From Candidatus Dormiibacterota bacterium (lineage in GTDB: Bacteria; Chloroflexota; Dormibacteria; Aeolococcales; Aeolococcaceae), in the NCBI GenBank assembly GCA_963709585.1, contig CAVPXI010000007.1:512001-576000 (forward strand): a DNA stretch of 64,000 nt, read 5' to 3'. The notes beneath the pieces are model-generated. The model was given only the letters and a program-made list of their open reading frames with translations, did no database searches and was not told the DNA's origin. The position numbers and the translations under genes were made by a program. How positions within the stretch are numbered: position 1 is the first letter of the stretch; every line of letters begins with the position of its first letter. Below, in pieces: positions 50,601 to 61,342 of the stretch.

Positions 50601-52664
50601 TCAGCCGATCGGGGCGACGATATCCACCGGTTTGTCGTAGCTCGTGTACGTGTCGATCATGAAGTGCCCGGGTGCGTCCATCGCCACCTGGCGAACGCGT
50701 CCGGTGGCGTCGACCCAGAAGGTGAACCAGATCGGCGTGGACTGCGAATTCCCGAAGCTCGCCACCATCGTCGTCGGAACGCCGTCGAGGATGTCCCGGC
50801 CAATCACATGGGCGTTGGTCAGCGGTCTGAAGTAGTCCCAGACGAAGTACGGCACAGCTGCGGCGGGGGAAGTCTGCTGCTCCCACGTCTGGCCCGGCCC
50901 GTTTTGCAGGTACTGGGTTGTGCCGATCCAAATGGTCGTGCCCGCGTTCCTGACCGTCCAGGTCGTCCTGTCAGGCGCAACCGACGAATAGCTTCCGCGG
51001 ATCGTCGCAGTGCCCGAGTTGAGGACCTCGTTGTACTGATAGGCGGTCAGGGCTTTCATGACGGTCTCGACCTTCGCCAGCAGCGTGTCGCCGGACGGCG
51101 CGGGCAGCGACGGGATCGTGAACGCGGCCCTACCCCCACCGCTGTTCAGCACCTCGACCGACACCGCATCGCCCGTCTCGATGTCGATGGTCGCCCGGCG
51201 GCAGGTGTCCCCGCAGGGACGCAGCGCCTCGTAGACGCCATTGACGATGATGTTCGCGGCGAGCCCTTGCGCCGAAGCAGTCCCGCCGATCGGGAGCAGG
51301 TAGACCGTTGCGAGGTTGGGACCAGGCAACCCCGGTGAAAGGCTGAGGCCGACCAGGTCGCTTCCCGCGGCGCCCGCCAGGGTCAGTTCGTCACCGCTGG
51401 GAAGCCCCACGGTCGGGGTGGCTGCGGCATCTTCGGCGGCCTGGCGCGCGGCCGTCGTCGGTGGTGTCGGGAACGAGGAGAGCAACGCGGCCGCCGCCAC
51501 GACGCAGGCAGCGAGCGCGGCCTCGATGCGGACATGCGGCCGCTTGAGCCGCCACGCCATCGCCGAGAGCGGCAGCATCAGGGCGACCAGCGCCATCTTG
51601 ACCAGCAGCACCCGCCCGTACGCCGTCCCGAAGAGCGCTTGGATCGACCCGAGCTGGGTGATGGCTTCGAGGCCGCCGGCTACGACAGTCGCCGCGAATG
51701 CCCCGAGCGCGATCGGCGTGAACCGCGCCAGCAGGACGCGCGCCTCGGTCGAGCGCCAGCCTCCGCGGGGATGGAGCACGGCCAGCGCCGCGATGCCTCC
51801 GGCCCACAGGCCGGCGGCTAGCAGATGCACCGCATCGAGCCCGATGCCGTACCAGGCGGGGTCGACACCGGCTGCGTGGCCCGACGCGGCGAGCATGACA
51901 AGCGCACCCCCGAGCCAGACCGGAAGGCTTCGCCAGCCTCGGACGACGGCGACCAGGGTCAGGGTTTCGAAGCCGAGCCGGGCGATCAACGCCGCCCCGG
52001 AGAATCCGTTGAAGAACGCCAGATAGTCCGTGAGGCTGTGCCCCCCGGAGCCGACGGTCGCCTCGGACCAGACGGTCACGAGCCCCGCAGAGAGGGCGAC
52101 GCTCGAGGCGCGGAACCTCGGGCTCACCCACTCGAGCGTCGGCGATTGCCGGGCGAGCGTGCTGATGAGCACCTGGCCGGCGAGGAACAGCAGTGCTATG
52201 GCCTCGACCCATTTGACGATCCCGATCGCGATGTCGGAAGGCTGCGGGCCGGGGACGGCGCTAGCCGCAACCACCGACGAATCGGGACCGGCTATCCCGA
52301 CGTCAAACGTGAAGTTGCTGCTGATCAGATGGCCGTCGAAAGAGCTCACCGAGGTCCAGTCGACCGTGTAGACCCCGGCGGCGTTGGTGGCCATCGGGAT
52401 CCGGATCTCATACGCGCTGTCAACCTTGCCTGTCCAGACGTGCCCCGTCGGATCCGTCACCGTGGCGTGCGAGAGGGCTGGGTTCAGGGGCTGGGAGAAG
52501 TCGAGCGCTACGACCCCGGGAGCGGTGCCGAGATGGGCGCCGGCCGGGGGCGACGAGGCGCTGAGGAGCGCGTGCGCCGAGGCCGCGATCGGGATGACGA
52601 GGACGGCGATTACCGCGATCAGCACTGCGGCGAAGCGGCGAACCCCCTTTGTCACGTTTCCCAT
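50601..52664 (-). CDS. CopC-CopD fusion copper resistance/uptake protein with extracellular C-terminal domains
   Basis: Signal peptide then HALL, DGH (CopC); ASGHA, HLLAAGLWAGG, YGRVLLVK (CopD); alternative start GTG 52655. Confidence 0.88.
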   Translation of the reverse strand: MGNVTKGVRRFAAVLIAVIAVLVIPIAASAHALLSASSPPAGAHLGTAPGVVALDFSQPLNPALSHATVTDPTGHVWTGKVDSAYEIRIPMATNAAGVYTVDWTSVSSFDGHLISSNFTFDVGIAGPDSSVVAASAVPGPQPSDIAIGIVKWVEAIALLFLAGQVLISTLARQSPTLEWVSPRFRASSVALSAGLVTVWSEATVGSGGHSLTDYLAFFNGFSGAALIARLGFETLTLVAVVRGWRSLPVWLGGALVMLAASGHAAGVDPAWYGIGLDAVHLLAAGLWAGGIAALAVLHPRGGWRSTEARVLLARFTPIALGAFAATVVAGGLEAITQLGSIQALFGTAYGRVLLVKMALVALMLPLSAMAWRLKRPHVRIEAALAACVVAAAALLSSFPTPPTTAARQAAEDAAATPTVGLPSGDELTLAGAAGSDLVGLSLSPGLPGPNLATVYLLPIGGTASAQGLAANIIVNGVYEALRPCGDTCRRATIDIETGDAVSVEVLNSGGGRAAFTIPSLPAPSGDTLLAKVETVMKALTAYQYNEVLNSGTATIRGSYSSVAPDRTTWTVRNAGTTIWIGTTQYLQNGPGQTWEQQTSPAAAVPYFVWDYFRPLTNAHVIGRDILDGVPTTMVASFGNSQSTPIWFTFWVDATGRVRQVAMDAPGHFMIDTYTSYDKPVDIVAPIG

Positions 52665-52729
52665 GATGGAGCAGCGCCTCGCGGCGACAGATGTGGTGCG
52701 GGCGGATGTTCGCCTCATAATCGGGCCGA

Positions 52730-53509
52730 GTGGCTCAGGTACTCCCGCCCCCGGACGCGACCAGCGCGCCCAGTGCCTGGTGGCGAGGATCGTGGGTCCG
52801 CGACACCATCGAGGTGCTTCTGATCGCGGTGATCCTGTATGTCGCCATCGCCTTTGCGCTGCAGACGGTTCGGGTCGACGGCCAGAGCATGCAGAACACG
52901 TTGCAGAACCAGGACCTGCTCCTCGCAAGCAAGATCTCGTACGACTTCGGCGGCAATCCGCAACGCGGCGACATCGTGATTCTCATCCCGCCGACGGATC
53001 CGACGCAGGACTTCATCAAACGGGTCATCGGCCTCCCCGGCGACACCATCGAGATCGACGGGGACACGAATCCCACCGAGGTGCTCCTCAAGCCGGATGG
53101 GAAAGGGCCGTTCCAGATGTTGAAGGAGCCCTACCTCCCAGAGGCGTGGAATACGCTCAAATTCTGCTGCACCTCGACCGGGATGGCTTCAACGTCCGCG
53201 CAGCCGCTCACGATTCCGGCCGGCGAGTACTTCGTGATGGGCGACAACCGCAATTTCTCAAGCGATTCGCGGGTTTTCGGCCTGGTGCCGCGCAAGAACA
53301 TTCTCGCCAAGGCAATCCTGCGCATCTGGCCGGTCGATCACTTCGGCGGACTGGGCTCGGGACCGACGCTCGAGCCGGTGACCAGCACCGCACTCGCGAT
53401 TCCCGCACTCGCGATCGCCGGGTTCGAGGTCTGGCGCTGGAGGCGCAGGCGGATGCGGCGGCTGGCTGCCGCGGACCGCGGGCGCCTGCGCACCGACCCC
53501 GCCGAGTAG
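52730..53509 (+). CDS. lepB: Signal peptidase I
   Basis: GQSMQNTL, FIKRVIGLPGD, MGDNRNFSSDSR. Confidence 0.95.
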   Translation: MAQVLPPPDATSAPSAWWRGSWVRDTIEVLLIAVILYVAIAFALQTVRVDGQSMQNTLQNQDLLLASKISYDFGGNPQRGDIVILIPPTDPTQDFIKRVIGLPGDTIEIDGDTNPTEVLLKPDGKGPFQMLKEPYLPEAWNTLKFCCTSTGMASTSAQPLTIPAGEYFVMGDNRNFSSDSRVFGLVPRKNILAKAILRIWPVDHFGGLGSGPTLEPVTSTALAIPALAIAGFEVWRWRRRRMRRLAAADRGRLRTDPAE

Positions 53510-53522
53510 CGCACCGGTCGGA

Positions 53523-53978
53523 TCAGCCGTTCACCCACGCGGCGTCGACGCCGCTCCACTCGATGAGCTCCGCGGGTTGAAAGAACAGCGCAACCTCCTC
53601 GGCGCCGCGCCCCGGCAAGTCGCTGCCGTGCACCACGTTATTGCCAATGCTGACTGCAAGATCGCCGCGAATGCTGCCCGGTGCGGCCGCGGATGGGTTG
53701 GTCGCGCCCATCATCGAGCGCACCTGGGCGACCGCGTCGTCGCCCTCCCACACCATGGCGACGACCGGCGCCGAGGTGATGAAGTCGACGAGTCCATTGA
53801 AGAAGGGCTTGCCGCGATGCTCGGCGTAGTGACGTTCCGCGAGCTCGCGGTCGATCCGCATGAGCTTGAGCGCCACGAGGTGAAGGCCGCGACCCTCGAA
53901 ACGCGCGATCACCTCGCCGACCAGCCGGCGTTGCACGCCGTCGGGTTTGACGAGGACAAGTGTCCGTTCGACGCTCAC
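53523..53978 (-). CDS. ndk: Nucleoside diphosphate kinase
   Basis: [35 protein letters not shown]. Confidence 0.97.
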   Translation of the reverse strand: MSVERTLVLVKPDGVQRRLVGEVIARFEGRGLHLVALKLMRIDRELAERHYAEHRGKPFFNGLVDFITSAPVVAMVWEGDDAVAQVRSMMGATNPSAAAPGSIRGDLAVSIGNNVVHGSDLPGRGAEEVALFFQPAELIEWSGVDAAWVNG

Positions 53979-54003
53979 GGCGCGCAAGTCTGACAGGCGA
54001 GCA

Positions 54004-55278
54004 TCAGACCGCGATCGCCTTCTCGAACCGCGTCTCGCTGCGGAAAGGCCCGACCACGGCGGCGCGCAGGCCGGCGGCGAGCACCCGCGCGGCGAGATCG
54101 CGGACCTGGGTGGCGTCGACTGCCTCCAGCCGTGCCACCAGCTCGTCGGGTTCGACGATCTTTCCCTGGAGCAGCAACTGCTGCCCGGCGTACTCGCAGA
54201 GCGCCGACGTGCTCTCCAGCTGGAGCAATAGACGCCCCTTCGCGTATTCGCGTGCCTTGGTGAGCTCGGCGTCGTCAACCCGCTCCTCGGCGAGCTTGCG
54301 CAGCTCGACGACGGCGGCTGCGAGCGCCGTCGCAGCTTGACGCGGCTCGCACGCCAGGCCGATCCCCAGCACGCCCGTGTCCGACATGCGGCTCATGAAT
54401 GAGTGCACGTCGTAGACGAGCGCACGGCGCTCGCGGAGCTCGAGAAAGAGACGGCTCGACATCCCCTCGCCGAGGATCACGTTGAGAATGTCGGCCACGT
54501 GCCGGTCCGGGTCGTTGTACGAGGGTGCGCGTGCGCCGACAAGGATGTTCGCCTGCTCGGCGCTGCGCCGGATCACGCGGAGTGGCGGGCCCGACGCTGG
54601 GGTCGCCGGCAGGGGCGGCGCGGGCGTCGCGCGGTGTCCCGCGGCCCACGGCCCGATCGCATCGTCGATCATCGCCACGGCCTCGGCCGTCTCGAACCCT
54701 CCGGCAACGCTCACCACCAGGGTCGTCGGGAGCACGTGCCTCTCGAGGTGGCTGCGACAATCGCCGGCGGTGAACGAGAGGACGGTCTCCTCACGCCCGG
54801 CGACATCCCAACCCAGCGGATGGTCCGGCCACATCAAGGCGTCGAACGCGATCTGCACGTAATCCTGCGGATTGTCCTGGTACATGCGCAGCTCTTCGAT
54901 CACCACCTGGCGTTCCTTCACGACCTCGGCCTCGTCCAGCGCCGGGCTGAGGAGCATGTCGGTCAGGACCGACACCGCCAGACCGAGTTTCGCTGTGGGC
55001 ACACGTGTCCAGAAGACCGTCGCCTCGCGATCGGTCGCGGCGTTGAGGACACCGCCGACGCCCTCGATCGCCTCGCTGATATCGCGCGCGGTCGCATATC
55101 GCCTGCCACCCTTGAACACCATGTGCTCGACGAAATGGCTGATACCGCTCTCTGAGTCGGTTTCGTAGCGCGAACCGACCGCGACCATGAACGCGATCGC
55201 GACGGACGCACGACCGGGCAGCGGGACAGCCGTGAGCCGGGTCCCCCCGGACAGGGATTCGACGTCGAATTCGGTCAG
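54004..55278 (-). CDS. M16 (pitrilysin) family peptidase; probable CTG start
   Basis: [32 protein letters not shown]; M16-like N-terminal strands extend 30 codons upstream of the first ATG (55188). Confidence 0.9.
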   Translation of the reverse strand: MTEFDVESLSGGTRLTAVPLPGRASVAIAFMVAVGSRYETDSESGISHFVEHMVFKGGRRYATARDISEAIEGVGGVLNAATDREATVFWTRVPTAKLGLAVSVLTDMLLSPALDEAEVVKERQVVIEELRMYQDNPQDYVQIAFDALMWPDHPLGWDVAGREETVLSFTAGDCRSHLERHVLPTTLVVSVAGGFETAEAVAMIDDAIGPWAAGHRATPAPPLPATPASGPPLRVIRRSAEQANILVGARAPSYNDPDRHVADILNVILGEGMSSRLFLELRERRALVYDVHSFMSRMSDTGVLGIGLACEPRQAATALAAAVVELRKLAEERVDDAELTKAREYAKGRLLLQLESTSALCEYAGQQLLLQGKIVEPDELVARLEAVDATQVRDLAARVLAAGLRAAVVGPFRSETRFEKAIAV

Positions 55279-56027
55279 TACGACCGCCCGGCTGACCGGC
55301 CCGAGCGGGCTCCTTCGAAGCGCTCCGGAGGACCGCCCTGGGCTGGACCGGTCGGATTGATGACCACGCGCCGCGCCGGTTCTCTGCCGGTGCTCTCGGT
55401 GGTCACGTCCGGATCGTCGGCGAGGGTCATGTGAATGACCCGCCGCTCATAGGCGTGCATGGGGTCGAGCGTGTAGGCCTCGCCGGTGCGCTTGACCCGA
55501 AGCGCAAGGCGAAGGGCCAGCTCGCGGACCTGGTCCTCGCGCCGGGCGCGGTAGCGCTCGACGTCGAGGATCACCCTGCGCGTCTCGACACCTTCCTCGC
55601 CGAGCATGAGATTGACCGCCGTCTGCAGCGAGCGCAGTGTCTCGCCACGCCACCCGATGAGCAGCCCGAGGTCGTCCCCCGCGATGTCGAGGATCACCGG
55701 GCCGCCGGTTGACGAGCCGGCTGTTCCCGTGCCGCGGCGGACGCTGACCCTGCAGGGCACCTCCATGCGCGTCAGCAGCTCCTCGAGGAGCGCCCGAGCG
55801 TTCGATGCGTGCTCGTCGATCCTGTAGACGCGAACCCGTCGTTCCCCAGAGGACAACCGCTCCCCCGGCAGCGACCGGCTCTCCGGCGACAAAACCTGTA
55901 CCTCGACCTGGTCGCGGTTCGCGCCGAGTTGGGCGAGCGCGTTGCTCACCGCCTCCTCGATGGTCGCCCCACGTGCCTCGACCCCGTCTTCGGTCTCCAC
56001 CTCGACCGCTGCCCTGCTCTCGCTCAC
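55275..56027 (-). CDS. jag: Jag/KhpB (EloR) RNA-binding protein
   Basis: Jag_N (GATIEEAV), KH LIGWRGETLRSLQ, R3H ERRVIH, STGREPARRVVI. Confidence 0.93.
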   Translation of the reverse strand: MSESRAAVEVETEDGVEARGATIEEAVSNALAQLGANRDQVEVQVLSPESRSLPGERLSSGERRVRVYRIDEHASNARALLEELLTRMEVPCRVSVRRGTGTAGSSTGGPVILDIAGDDLGLLIGWRGETLRSLQTAVNLMLGEEGVETRRVILDVERYRARREDQVRELALRLALRVKRTGEAYTLDPMHAYERRVIHMTLADDPDVTTESTGREPARRVVINPTGPAQGGPPERFEGARSGRSAGRSY

Positions 56028-56049
56028 CTCTTCTCCCACCGCGCCGCGG

Positions 56050-57150
56050 TCAGCGGCGTCGCCTCCGTCTATTCGGCCTGTTGGGTCGCGCCAGCGACCG
56101 AGCCGTCGCGCTCTGCGATCGCACCGGCGGTTCCTGGTCGTCCACGACCGGCGTCGCACCATTGGCTTTCGCCGTCGCGCCGTTGGCCCCCGTCGCGGGC
56201 CGGCTGCGCGTGCCGTTCTTGCCAGTGCTGACCGAAACCGTGGTGCCCTTGCCGCCTCCCGCCTTGCCCGCGCCGGTCTTGACCGGCGTGCGCGGAATCG
56301 TCAGCGCGGTGACCCGTTTGGCGCCCGGGAACCACGTGGGAACCACGAGACCGTTCCACCCGAGCAGGTGGTATTGCTGCGCCACCATGAACATGGTCCC
56401 GGTGACCCAGTAGATGGCAAGCCCCTGCGGGAACAGGAAGCTGAACACGAAGATCATGACCGGGAAGATGAACGACATCTGCCTGGTCACACCCTGCATG
56501 GAGCGTTCCTGGTCGGTCATGTCCGGGCGCGTGGGCGGCATCATCATCCGCGACTGCGCGAACGTGAACGCGCCCGCGAGCAGAGGCAGGATGAGCAGGG
56601 CTGGGTGGGTCAGCAGACCGGCGAGGCCGGTGGATCCGGTGCAGCAAGCCGCTTGCGCGGACTTGGTCAGATCGGGGATCCACAGGAATCCCTTGTCGCC
56701 GGCGCCGAGTGTCGCGGTGACGGTCCTGATCGACTGATAGAGACCGATCAGCACGGGCATCTGCACCAGCGCCGGGATGCACCCGGTGAGACTGGAGAAC
56801 GGGCTGATGCCGTGCTCCTTGTAGAGCGCATTCATCTCCTGGCTCAGCCGTTGCGGCTCCTTCTTGTACTTCTTGCGAAGCTCCTGCAGCTGCGGTGCAA
56901 CCAGGCGCTGTTCAGCCTGGATGCGGCGTGACGTCCGCAGCTGCCAGCCGAAGATCGGGAACAGCACGGCGCGAATGCCGATGGTGAGCACGATGACCGC
57001 GAGCCCGAACGCGCCGATCGCCTTGAGCGGTCCGACCTGCGTGAAGAACTTCACGAGCTCCTGCAGCACCCATGCGAACGGGTATTGCAGGATCGAGAAG
57101 ATCGACAGCGGGTTGAAGCCGGACGAGGTGGTGGTGGTGGCGGCGATCAC
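56050..57150 (-). CDS. yidC: Membrane protein insertase
   Basis: [49 protein letters not shown]. Confidence 0.95.
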   Translation of the reverse strand: MIAATTTTSSGFNPLSIFSILQYPFAWVLQELVKFFTQVGPLKAIGAFGLAVIVLTIGIRAVLFPIFGWQLRTSRRIQAEQRLVAPQLQELRKKYKKEPQRLSQEMNALYKEHGISPFSSLTGCIPALVQMPVLIGLYQSIRTVTATLGAGDKGFLWIPDLTKSAQAACCTGSTGLAGLLTHPALLILPLLAGAFTFAQSRMMMPPTRPDMTDQERSMQGVTRQMSFIFPVMIFVFSFLFPQGLAIYWVTGTMFMVAQQYHLLGWNGLVVPTWFPGAKRVTALTIPRTPVKTGAGKAGGGKGTTVSVSTGKNGTRSRPATGANGATAKANGATPVVDDQEPPVRSQSATARSLARPNRPNRRRRRR

Positions 57151-57431
57151 GCGGCGCTCCCCGGTTGGGTCGCGTCGCGGTGCACGCGCCGGGCCGCGCG
57201 CCAGCTGATGTACGTGTCGGGCACCGGGTCGATGCCTCCCTCATGGAAGGGATGGCAGCGCGCGATCCGGCGTATGGCGAGCCACCAGCCGCGGCGCGCG
57301 CCGAAACGCTGGATTGCCTCGTAGCCGTAGTGCGAGCAGGTCGGCTCGTACCGGCACGCGCTCATCATTCCGAAGAGAGGGCCGATGGTGACCTGGTAGA
57401 TGCGGATGAACACCAGGCTGACGCGTCTCAC
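57147..57431 (-). CDS. yidD: Membrane protein insertion efficiency factor
   Basis: [25 protein letters not shown]. Confidence 0.95.
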   Translation of the reverse strand: MRRVSLVFIRIYQVTIGPLFGMMSACRYEPTCSHYGYEAIQRFGARRGWWLAIRRIARCHPFHEGGIDPVPDTYISWRAARRVHRDATQPGSAA

Positions 57432-57775
57432 CTAACACCCCTCGGCTGGGTCGATCGCGACGCCGAGGTGAGCGCCGCGGCCAGGGCCGCCCGGAGGCTC
57501 AGGAACGGCATCTCGGTGGCGCGTCCCGGAAGGCTCACCACCACGTCGAGCCCGGGATGCTCCATCAGGACCGGGGCGATGGCGGCGCGCAGCCGGCGGC
57601 GGGCACGGTTCCGGCTCACGGCGCCGGTGGCGCCGGGCACGGCGAAGGCGACCCGCGATGCCGCGGACTCTCCGGGAAGCGCGCGCACTCGAACGGCGCC
57701 CGAGCGTGCCTCGCTCCCGGTTTCCCGCACCGACGCAATTCGGCGTCGCCCGGGAAGGCGATGCCGCCGGTTCAT
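57428..57775 (-). CDS. rnpA: Ribonuclease P protein component
   Basis: [12 protein letters not shown] motif; canonical position between rpmH and yidD. Confidence 0.88.
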   Translation of the reverse strand: MNRRHRLPGRRRIASVRETGSEARSGAVRVRALPGESAASRVAFAVPGATGAVSRNRARRRLRAAIAPVLMEHPGLDVVVSLPGRATEMPFLSLRAALAAALTSASRSTQPRGVR

Positions 57776-57918
57776 CGCGTGGGAGCCGGAGTCAGGCGCT
57801 TGCGGCCTTTACGACGGCGTGCCTTGAGCACCTGGCGCCCGCCTGGCGTCGCCATACGTATGCGAAAGCCGTGCGTCTTGCGCCGGTAGCGCTTCTTGGG
57901 TTGGTACGTCCGCTTGAT
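57772..57918 (-). CDS. rpmH: 50S ribosomal protein L34 (ATC at start position)
   Basis: [41 protein letters not shown]; SD GGGGAG 6 nt upstream of ATC. Confidence 0.95.
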   Translation of the reverse strand: MKRTYQPKKRYRRKTHGFRIRMATPGGRQVLKARRRKGRKRLTPAPTR

Positions 57919-58177
57919 GGCCGTCTCCCCGAGACCTGGATCGCGTCGGGGGCGCTCTGGGCGCCGCTGAGCCCGACGGGGTTGCTTCGCGAGTATACCA
58001 AGGCAGCGGTCGACCGCCCCTCCTCCCGAAAGTTGTGGTCGCGAGATCACTGCACGGTGGTGCGCTCGCTCCACTTGTGACCGGGGCCGCGCATTGTTAA
58101 ACTCCGCACGCTGCAGCGGGAGCGGGAAGCCCTTCTTTTCGTCCAACCAAGCCCCCCGGCCACCAGCGGCCATGCAT

Positions 58178-58208
58178 TTATCCACCGATGTGCACAAGTT
58201 GTGGATAA
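58178..58208. promoter_or_regulatory. DnaA-box cluster upstream of dnaA
   Basis: TTATCCACC 58178, TGTGCACAA 58189, perfect TGTGGATAA 58200. Confidence 0.85.
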
Positions 58209-58243
58209 CTGCGCTGTTATCGGCAGGCCAAGGCGAGGAACGA

Positions 58244-59683
58244 GTGGATCGAATAGTCGGTGTCGGCGCCGTCGAAGATCAGACGCCGCGCGTCGAGCCC
58301 ATCCTGGAGAGTGGGAACTCGACCGCGAGCATGGACCCACAACAGTTGTGGCAGGTCGCCCAGGAGGAACTTCGGTTCCAGGTGGTCCGCCCGGGGTACG
58401 AGGCATGGCTCGCCAATGCCGTCCTGGTTGGCTCCGACGGGCACACCTTCACGGTCGGCGTGCCGACCATGTTCGCTCGCGACTGGGTCAGCGAGCGCTA
58501 CGTGCCGTTGATCCGCGAAACGCTCTCCGGCGTGCTCGGACGCGATTGCGAAGTGATCATCACCGTCGACCCGGAGGCGTCGCCGCCACCCGACGCACCT
58601 CCGATCGTTCCTGATCCGACCTATGCATACGTGAGCGAGCCCGAGGATGGAGCCAACAACTCGCGGCTCAACCCGGCGTTCACCTTCAGCACGTTCGTGG
58701 TCGGCAACTCCAGTCGATTCGCTCACGCCGCCTGCCGCGCTGTCGCCGAGGCGCCCGGCAAGGCGTACAACCCACTTTTTCTGTACGGCGGTGTGGGTCT
58801 GGGCAAAACCCACCTCATGCACGCGATCGGTCACGCGGTGCGCGAGACCCACCGCAACGCGAAGGTGGCGTATGTCACCTCCGAGAAATTCATGAACGAG
58901 ATGGTCGCGTCCATCGTCGAGAACCGGCCGGCGGAGTTCCGGATGCGCTACCGGGGCGTCGACGTCCTGCTCATCGACGACATCCAGTTCCTGGCTGGCA
59001 AGGACCACACCAGGGAGGAGTTCTTCCACACGTTCAACGCGCTGCAGGAATTCCAGAAGCAGATCGTGGTGAGCAGCGACCGCCCGCCGAAGGACATCCC
59101 CACCCTCGAGGACCGCTTGCGCAGCCGCTTCGAGGGCGGACTGATGGCCGACATCCAGCCACCGGATTTCGAGACCCGGCTGGCGATTCTCACCACCAAG
59201 CTCGGGCCCTACGGCAAGCTGGTCCCGGACGAGGTGTGCTCATTCATCGCCCACCGCATCCAGAAAAACATCCGCGAGCTCGAGGGCGCGCTCATCCGAG
59301 TGCTCGCCCACGCCTCGATCAACGGCCAGCAGATCACCCTCGAGACCGCCCAGCAGATCCTGCGCGACGTCATCCCGGTCCAGGACTCGACCCCGGTGAG
59401 CATCGAGACCATCCAGCTGGCGGTCGCCGCGCATTACGCCATCTCGGTCGAGGAGATGAAGGGCAAGCGTCGCGACAAGAACATCGTGTTCCCTCGCCAG
59501 GTGGCGATGTACCTCATCCGCGAGGCTACCAAGTCGTCGCTCCCGGTCATCGGAAGCGCTTTCGGCGGACGGGATCACACCACCGCACTGCACGCGATCG
59601 AGAAGATCACCGAGCTCATGCGCGAAGACGTTCGCCTCCAGGGTGAGGTGCGAGCCATCCGCGAGCAGCTCCACAACCGTTGA
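58244..59683 (+). CDS. dnaA: Chromosomal replication initiator
   Basis: [45 protein letters not shown]; alternative start ATG 58331. Confidence 0.98.
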   Translation: MDRIVGVGAVEDQTPRVEPILESGNSTASMDPQQLWQVAQEELRFQVVRPGYEAWLANAVLVGSDGHTFTVGVPTMFARDWVSERYVPLIRETLSGVLGRDCEVIITVDPEASPPPDAPPIVPDPTYAYVSEPEDGANNSRLNPAFTFSTFVVGNSSRFAHAACRAVAEAPGKAYNPLFLYGGVGLGKTHLMHAIGHAVRETHRNAKVAYVTSEKFMNEMVASIVENRPAEFRMRYRGVDVLLIDDIQFLAGKDHTREEFFHTFNALQEFQKQIVVSSDRPPKDIPTLEDRLRSRFEGGLMADIQPPDFETRLAILTTKLGPYGKLVPDEVCSFIAHRIQKNIRELEGALIRVLAHASINGQQITLETAQQILRDVIPVQDSTPVSIETIQLAVAAHYAISVEEMKGKRRDKNIVFPRQVAMYLIREATKSSLPVIGSAFGGRDHTTALHAIEKITELMREDVRLQGEVRAIREQLHNR

Positions 59684-59926
59684 CAACCCTGTTGCTCGCA
59701 CCGGGTACGGCATGTGGACAAAGTGCGCAACTCCGCGAACGGTGGACAACTGGTGGACAATCAGTGCCACTTGCGCACAGCCCGGCAACGCTCCCGGACC
59801 CGCGATGAGATCGCTTTCCGAGTTGTCCCCCATGTACCCACCACTACATCGTCTACTGATATCTAAACTCTGCAGGTCATACTCATTGAGTCTGGTGATA
59901 ACGCAGCCTCCAGAGAGGAACCGTCC
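59684..59926. other. Probable oriC unwinding region (dnaA-dnaN spacer)
   Basis: Boxes TGTGGACAA 59713, GGTGGACAA 59741 and 59752, TTGCGCACA 59771, TTGTCCCCC 59823, then AT-richer trio-like CTACATCGTCTACTGATATCTA. Confidence 0.8.
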
Positions 59927-61044
59927 ATGAAAGCGACCGTCTCATCCTCGACACTCAGCGGCGCACTCGGGCTGGTGTCCCGCGCCGTATCACCGAGATC
60001 GACCCTGCCCGTGCTGAGCAACGTGCTGCTCGAGACCGGCCCTGACGGTCTGCGCGTCACCGCCACCAATCTCGATCTCACGATCACCGTCGTGGTGCCG
60101 GCAACCGTGCTCGAGGAAGGCCGGATCACGGTGCCCGCACGTCTCCTCGGTGAGTTTGTTGCGTCGCTCGGTGACGCGCCGTGCACGATGGAGTTGGAAC
60201 CGACGACCCAGGTGCTGAAGCTCACCGGTGGCGTGCACCGTGCCAACGTGCACGGCATCGATGCGGTGGAATTTCCTCCCCTGCCGACGCGTGACACCGA
60301 GACATCGATCGAGGTCGAACTCGATCACATTGCAGAATGCGATCACTCAGACGGTCATGGCGGCGAGCTCGGACGAGGCGTCGCCGGTGCTCACCGGCGT
60401 GCTCCTCCAGATCGAGGGCAGCCGGGCTCACCCTGGCGGCGACCGATCGCCATCGTCTCGCCGTGAAGACGATCGATGTCACCGTGCACGGGACGCCCCC
60501 GGTGACCTCGGTGATCGTTCCCTCACGGCACCTCTCCGAGGTTGCCCGTGCGGTGAATCCCAACCGGCCGACCGTCGGTATCGCCTTCGCGCACGCGCGC
60601 AACCAGGTGTTCTTCACACTCAAGGACGTGGAGATCTCGTCGCGTCTCATCGAGGGGACATATCCCAATTACACGCAGGTGATTCCCGGTGAGTCGACGA
60701 CGACGGTGAGCCTCTCGACGGCGTCGCTGCTGCGCGAGGCGAAGACCGCTGCGGTGCTTGCGCGTGACGCCGCCAACCCGGTTCGACTGCGCATCGGCGA
60801 CGGGACGCTCACGCTGCTTGCGCAGACCGCCGAGGTCGGTGATGACGAGGCTCCGCTCACCGCGACCGTCCAGGGTGATGACGTGCAGATTGCGTTCAAC
60901 GCGCGCTACATGCTGGACGCGCTCTCGGCGCTCGACTCCGACGAGGTCCAACTCTCCTTCAACGGCTCGCTGCAGCCGGGAGTAATCCGCCCCGTCGGGA
61001 AGGACGATTACCTCTGCATCATCATGCCGGTGCGGGTCGCCTGA
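59927..61044 (+). CDS. dnaN: DNA polymerase III beta clamp; two apparent frameshifts (~60317, ~60420)
   Basis: LPVLSNVLL, ATNLD, EFPPLP; PVLTGV; AATDRHRL, SRLIEGTYPNY, IAFNARY, IMPVR spread over three frames. Confidence 0.95.
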
Positions 61045-61054
61045 TCTCCTGCGA

Positions 61055-61342
61055 TCACATCGCCTTGAACCGGATGCGCCGGACCAGGTCCTGGCCGACA
61101 CGCTGATTCAGCGCATCGATAACTCGTGGTGCGTCCATCTGGAGTTGATGCGCCAACGCGCTGTTGGCCGTGGCGATGACCAGCACGCCGCGGTCGAGCC
61201 GCTCAGCGCGGCACAGCTCGGCGAGCCCCACACCGACGACGTCCGCGAGCGCGATCCGCAGGCGCTCCTCGCGCACCTGAACCCGGACGCCAAGCCCGCG
61301 CAGCGCGGTGTCGATGAGGTCGGATAAGCGCTGCTCGGTCAT
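61055..61342 (-). CDS. DUF721/DciA helicase-loader family protein
   Basis: Directly downstream of recF; GVLVIATANSALAHQLQM, VRRIRF. Confidence 0.8.
   Translation of the reverse strand: MTEQRLSDLIDTALRGLGVRVQVREERLRIALADVVGVGLAELCRAERLDRGVLVIATANSALAHQLQMDAPRVIDALNQRVGQDLVRRIRFKAM

Noticed and set aside
59927-61044. Programmed frameshifting or pseudogenisation of dnaN and parB
   Set aside because: No slippery heptamers at the breaks, and similar indels occur in unrelated genes; error is the simpler explanation
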